DNA of 20,800 nucleotides. Origin: a virus. Lineage: Duplodnaviria > Heunggongvirae > Uroviricota > Caudoviricetes. The notes under the pieces were generated by a model. That model was not told where the DNA came from. It saw only the letters and a list, made by a program, of their open reading frames with translations, and did not search any database. A program made the translations under genes and the position numbers. Where the stretch lies: positions 64,001 to 84,800 of IMG/VR virus record IMGVR_UViG_3300033146_000394. One strand, written 5' to 3'. Within the stretch, counting starts at the first letter, position 1. Every line of letters starts with the position of its first letter. Of the stretch, positions 17,431 to 20,800 are shown one piece after another.

Positions 17431-18732
17431 TTATGATTTCCACGAAAGAGGAATACTATTATAATTTAGTGTATTATTACAACCATAGAAACAACTATAA
17501 TAAATAGATGGGGTGTGAGTATTCCATAAATCAGGAACATCTGTGGATATTGAAGAATCTCGTGCAAATGTTCTTGAAAAATCATCAACAATAGTATTAT
17601 AATAAAATAATGAATTTGGTATATTTACTAATGCTATACAACTTTTAAATGTGGCATTAAACGATTCAACCAAAGTATTATTATTAAATATATTATCTGG
17701 TATAGATAATAATGATTCACACATATTAAATGTTTCTTTAAATGATGTGACAGCACTATTATTATCAAATAAGCCACTTGGGATACTTGTTATATCAGTC
17801 TTATCAAAAATACCCTCAAATGATGTGACAGCACTATTATTATCAAATAAGCCACTTGGAATACTTGTTATTTCTGTATTTTTGAATGTGTCTATAAATG
17901 TTTCTACTTTTATATTATTATCAAATAATCCACTTGGTATGTTAGTTATCCCACCATGATTAATAACTGAGAATGTGGACATAAATGTTTCTGCGTTAAT
18001 ATTATTATCAAATAGACCACTTGGAATATTCGTAAGATTTTCGTTCCATGCAAATGTACCAACAAAATTTGTTGCATTAATATTATTATCAAATAATCCA
18101 CTTGGGATATTTGATATATTTGTTTGTATAAATACGTGTGAAAAATTTGTTGCATTAATATTATTATCAAATAGACCACTTGGAATATTGGTTATATCTG
18201 ATGCTGCAAATACTTTATAAAAACTTGTAACTAATGGACTATTACTAAATATATTACTTGGTATTGTGTTTAATTTAGAATAACTAAAAGTACTTATAAA
18301 GTCTGTAATTTTTTCTAAACCAGTATTATCTAAAGGGATTTCATTTAATACATCACTTGCTATTTTTATTCTCTTTAAATTTGAAATGTCTGATATTCCC
18401 CACGATAGTACTTTATAAATATGTTTTCTTGAATAAAATTCAAAATCTAATGATTCAATTTCCCCATATATTTTTAAATTATATGATCCAATATCATAAT
18501 GATGAGTTATACTATTACCACTACCAATTTGTGTAGTTTGTGTTGATGTTCCATCACCCCATGAAAATTCTGCTTTATATTCATACCCAGTTCCCAATAA
18601 AACCGAAAAATCCATAGGGTTATCAAAAATTAACCTCAGTGATATATAACTACTTTTATTAATTTTAAATGTATTTATTCTATTTCCGTTTATAGATATA
18701 CTTCTATCTGTATTTTGTATTTTTAATCCCAT
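17431..18732 (-). CDS. PKD-like domain plus BspA/DUF285-type leucine-rich repeat protein
   Basis: FSWGDGT...ITHHY..GSYNLKIYG (PKD-like), then about 9 repeats of (N/S)IPS(G/N)LFDNN....(N/S/T)F...F, period about 26 aa. Confidence 0.75.
   Translation of the reverse strand: MGLKIQNTDRSISINGNRINTFKINKSSYISLRLIFDNPMDFSVLLGTGYEYKAEFSWGDGTSTQTTQIGSGNSITHHYDIGSYNLKIYGEIESLDFEFYSRKHIYKVLSWGISDISNLKRIKIASDVLNEIPLDNTGLEKITDFISTFSYSKLNTIPSNIFSNSPLVTSFYKVFAASDITNIPSGLFDNNINATNFSHVFIQTNISNIPSGLFDNNINATNFVGTFAWNENLTNIPSGLFDNNINAETFMSTFSVINHGGITNIPSGLFDNNIKVETFIDTFKNTEITSIPSGLFDNNSAVTSFEGIFDKTDITSIPSGLFDNNSAVTSFKETFNMCESLLSIPDNIFNNNTLVESFNATFKSCIALVNIPNSLFYYNTIVDDFSRTFARDSSISTDVPDLWNTHTPSIYYSCFYGCNNTLNYNSIPLSWKS
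17740..18173 (-). repeat. 78-bp-period tandem coding repeats in the LRR gene
   Basis: 42-nt identity at 17740-17781 and 17818-17859; 32-nt identity at 18064-18095 and 18142-18173. Confidence 0.9.
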
Positions 18733-18803
18733 GTGATGATATATTTTTTTTTTAAACTTTTGAAATTTTTTTAAGCTATTATATATAAATTAATAAAACC
18801 ATA

Positions 18804-19697
18804 ATGAAAGTAATAGATAAAATAAAACAAATACATGAAGATTTTAATTCATATGTTAAACAGTCTAATAAAAAAATAATAAAACGCACTAAAATAAGTG
18901 ATATTGAAGATGTATCATTTTTAAAAAATATTGGGTTTACTAATTCTACACCAGTAATAAAATACTGAAAAAATAATTAAAAAAGAAAATCATAAAAACA
19001 CAAAGATAAAAAATGATAATTTATCTTTATTAAAAGCAAAAGAATATTATATTAAATATGGTTTACCGTGTGTATCTCAAGATATGGTAGAAAAAATATT
19101 AAATAAATATAATTTGGTTATGGTGGGGTAGAAGATTATGTTGGAGATATACCAAAGAAAAATATTAATGATTTAAAAAAATTCAAAGGAATAAATGATG
19201 AAGATATACCGTACTCTATTCATGTGGATGAAGAATTGAGTGAAGATGAATATTTTATTAATTATATGAAATATTTTGATCAATATAATTTATTGGGTTT
19301 ATTACCATTTAATGTAGAATATGATGAAAATAGTGAAAAATATAAAATCATATCAAAAAATATCAAAAGATTTATTGATAAAAAATCAGTAGATAAGCTA
19401 ATTATATCTAAAGCCACAAATTTAAGAATTGTTTGTCCAATAACAGATATAAAAATATACAACCATACTGATAGGTTACATAGTATTATACCATTTGAAG
19501 CAGCAAGAGTTTACGCAGAAGATATTTTAGATCCAATAGTTTTATTACCAATAAAAGGTCCAAAAAGATATAATATAAATGGGAATCAAGAATATTATAA
19601 TACTCCAATGTATTTAGTGTTAACAATGTGGGGGTTAGAAAGCTTTGATTGTGTTCTTAACCCAGATGGTATTGCAAAAATTAATATTTTAAATTAA
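18804..19697 (+). pseudogene. Hypothetical phage gene interrupted by two compensating 1-nt frameshifts (or sequencing indels); about 297 aa when repaired
   Basis: ATG 18804 frame ends at TGA 18966; the +1 frame continues (NTEKIIKKE...AKEYYIKYGLPCVSQDMVEKILNKYNLV) to TAG 19129; the original frame resumes (YGGVEDYVGDIPKKNI...) and runs into annotated ORF 19224..19697 (DPIVLLPI...YLVLTMWGLES). Confidence 0.7.
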
Positions 19698-19787
19698 AAA
19701 AAATAAAAAATATAATTAAAGAAGAAAGAATAGTAAATGTAATTTACCCATATGGTGATTATGATTTATTGACAACCAGTATCATAT

Positions 19788-20114
19788 GTGTTTTTTGAGT
19801 TTCAAAAACAATTAGATAATCTTGAAAACGATAAGCAAAGAATTATCATTGATATGTTTCAGCGAGTATTTGAGTCTATAAAAATAATTAATGGTAATAT
19901 ATCAATGGAACACAATGGATTAATAGAAGAATTATCCTTAATGGTAAGTGCAACAAATTTTAATGAAGATATGTTGAATTATATAATCAATATTAAAATT
20001 AATAAAGACTCACTGTTATATACTTATGATGAAAAAATAGACATTAGAAGAGTTAAACAACATTTAAAAATAAAAATAATTGAAAAATATTTAAAAAATA
20101 TATTAATATATTAA
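19788..20114 (+). CDS. Hypothetical protein (GTG start uncertain)
   Basis: 108 aa with AT-rich codon usage; the true 5' end may lie upstream across another indel near 19770. Confidence 0.55.
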   Translation: MFFEFQKQLDNLENDKQRIIIDMFQRVFESIKIINGNISMEHNGLIEELSLMVSATNFNEDMLNYIINIKINKDSLLYTYDEKIDIRRVKQHLKIKIIEKYLKNILIY

Positions 20115-20213
20115 AACTTTTTATTATCTTTACACTATAATATAAATTAGAAAAAGAAAAAATAGAAAAAAACGACTTTTTTTAATAAATATATATAAAA
20201 GTTCAAAAGATAT

Positions 20214-20241
20214 AAAACTTTTACTTATCTTTGCACTATAA
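20214..20241 (+). promoter_or_regulatory. Bacteroidota-type sigma-A promoter for the tRNA operon (TAnnTTTG at 20226-20233); near-copy at 20113-20140
   Basis: tatctttg matches the established Bacteroidota -7 consensus; the 28-nt block is repeated 101 nt upstream with 25/28 identity; no clear -33 TTTG. Confidence 0.65.
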
Positions 20242-20270
20242 TAAAAACAACAATTAAATAAATAGAAATA

Positions 20271-20363
20271 ATGAAAAACACAATTAAACATATTAGCATT
20301 TTTAGTCATAAGTGGTCGAGCTTTATCTCGTTTCGCAATGGACTTGGAATATCTGATAGTTAA
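20271..20363 (+). CDS. Attenuator leader peptide, 30 aa (MKNTIKHISIFSHKWSSFISFRNGLGISDS)
   Basis: ATG 20271 to TAA 20361-20363; A-rich upstream with A at -3; consecutive TGG TCG AGC at 20313-20321; 7 Ser and 1 Trp; lies between the promoter and the terminator. Confidence 0.75.
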   Translation: MKNTIKHISIFSHKWSSFISFRNGLGISDS

Positions 20364-20432
20364 ATTGTATTATAAATATAACTAAAACTAAAATGAAAAC
20401 CTCCAAGTTTATTAAAACTTGGAGGTTTTTTT
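20304..20432 (+). promoter_or_regulatory. Ribosome-dependent transcription attenuator (1:2, 2:3 and 3:4 helices)
   Basis: Antiterminator 20337-20348 (aatggacttgga) pairs over 12 contiguous bp (2 G-U) with 20402-20413 (tccaagtttatt); imperfect protector hairpin 20304-20320 with 20327-20344. Confidence 0.7.
20396..20432 (+). terminator. Rho-independent terminator immediately upstream of tRNA-Trp
   Basis: 15-bp stem aaaacctccaagttt/aaacttggaggtttt, loop atta, 7-T tract at 20426-20432. Confidence 0.92.
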
Positions 20433-20436
20433 ATAT

Positions 20437-20517
20437 ACGTAAGTTGCCGAGTGGACAAAGGTGCTGGATTCCAAACCCAGTCCGAAAGGTTCGTGGGTTC
20501 GAATCCTACCTTACGTG
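20437..20517 (+). tRNA. trnW: tRNA-Trp (CCA) with an atypical 12-nt variable arm
   Basis: Acceptor acgtaag/cttacgt plus G73; anticodon arm ctgga-ttCCAaa-cccag (A31-C39 mismatch); variable region tccgaaaggttc; T arm gtggg-ttcgaat-cctac. Confidence 0.85.
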
Positions 20518-20529
20518 CTAACAAAGAAT

Positions 20530-20614
20530 GGAGGATTGGCAGAGTGGTCGATTGTGATAGTCTTGAAAACTATTGATGGTAACACATCCGAGAGTTCGAA
20601 TCTCTCATCCTCCT
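20530..20614 (+). tRNA. trnS: tRNA-Ser (UGA), canonical 7/5 fold
   Basis: Acceptor ggaggat/atcctcc, anticodon arm atagt-ctTGAaa-actat, long variable arm, T arm gagag-ttcgaat-ctctc; discriminator is U. Confidence 0.93.
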
Positions 20615-20619
20615 CAAAT

Positions 20620-20712
20620 GGAAAGTGAAGCAGCAGCATTGGAGCAGCGACTAGTCTTGAAAACTAGGTGTCGGATTTATTTCTGACTGGGGGTCGGGTC
20701 CTCCTCTTTCCG
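20620..20712 (+). tRNA. trnS: tRNA-Ser (UGA) with non-canonical 8/4 acceptor/T-stem fold
   Basis: 8-bp acceptor ggaaagtg/ctctttcc (one U-U), 4-bp T stem gggg/cctc with loop gtcgggt, anticodon arm ctagt-ctTGAaa-actag, 6-bp variable stem gtcgga/tctgac, G73. Confidence 0.8.
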
Positions 20713-20723
20713 CAATAACAACT

Positions 20724-20800
20724 GGAGAGTTGTCAGAGTTGGTTTATTGTGCTACCCTGCTAAGGTAGTGTGGGTTACACCACCGAGAGTTCGAATCTCT
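20724..20800 (+). tRNA. trnS: tRNA-Ser (GCU), truncated by the window end
   Basis: 5' ggagagt, anticodon arm ctacc-ctGCTaa-ggtag, long variable arm, T arm gagag-ttcgaat-ctct. Confidence 0.9.

Noticed and set aside
13334-18732. CRISPR array or diversity-generating retroelement from the repeats
   Set aside because: The repeats are in-frame coding modules with codon-multiple periods; there are no spacer-like unique segments, no reverse transcriptase and no adenine-specific TR/VR mismatch pattern.
17651-19462. ORFs 17651..17959(+), 17946..18179(-), 17975..18220(+), 19280..19462(-)
   Set aside because: Alternative-frame or antisense echoes of the LRR repeats and of the 19224 ORF.
2755-20114. Shared basic C-terminal tail (QQRVDKLKTIL; RRVKQHLKIKII) in small ORFs
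   Set aside because: Only two loosely similar cases in a Lys/Ile-rich proteome; not distinguishable from composition within this window.
1-20800. Stop-codon reassignment (TAG or TGA), as in some large phages
   Set aside because: Genes tile the window under the standard code. TGA serves as the stop in ATGA overlaps (5472, 5651). Reading through TGA 18966 hits TAA at 18978, so the break there is a frameshift, not recoding. No suppressor anticodon is seen.

Overview
Very AT-rich (roughly low-20s % GC, by eye), gene-dense segment of a large T4-like tailed phage that probably infects Bacteroidota. The host call rests on a TAnnTTTG promoter element, no obvious Shine-Dalgarno sites and a Bacteroidota-like M42 peptidase. 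Recognisable genes: C-terminus of an FtsH/M41-like protein, M42 aminopeptidase, a DarT-like ADP-ribosyltransferase-fold protein, HNH endonuclease, split ParB/Srx-like protein, a gp47/SbcD-like nuclease lacking all metal ligands, dNMP kinase (gp1-like), an extended gp14-like neck protein, Ig-repeat and tail-fibre-like virion proteins, gp61-like primase, a PKD+LRR protein, a doubly frameshifted gene and five tRNAs (Leu-UAA, Trp-CCA, Ser-UGA x2, partial Ser-GCU). Standout: the terminal tRNA operon is preceded by an unannotated 30-codon leader with consecutive TGG-TCG-AGC codons. These are the codons read by the downstream Trp/Ser/Ser tRNAs, in the same order, and they sit in a complete 1:2 / 2:3 / 3:4 attenuator. 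This is a candidate phage sensor that switches on replacement tRNAs when host tRNAs are depleted. Two of those tRNAs are atypical: a Trp with a long variable arm and an 8/4 Ser. All protein-family calls come from motif recognition only; no searches were run.
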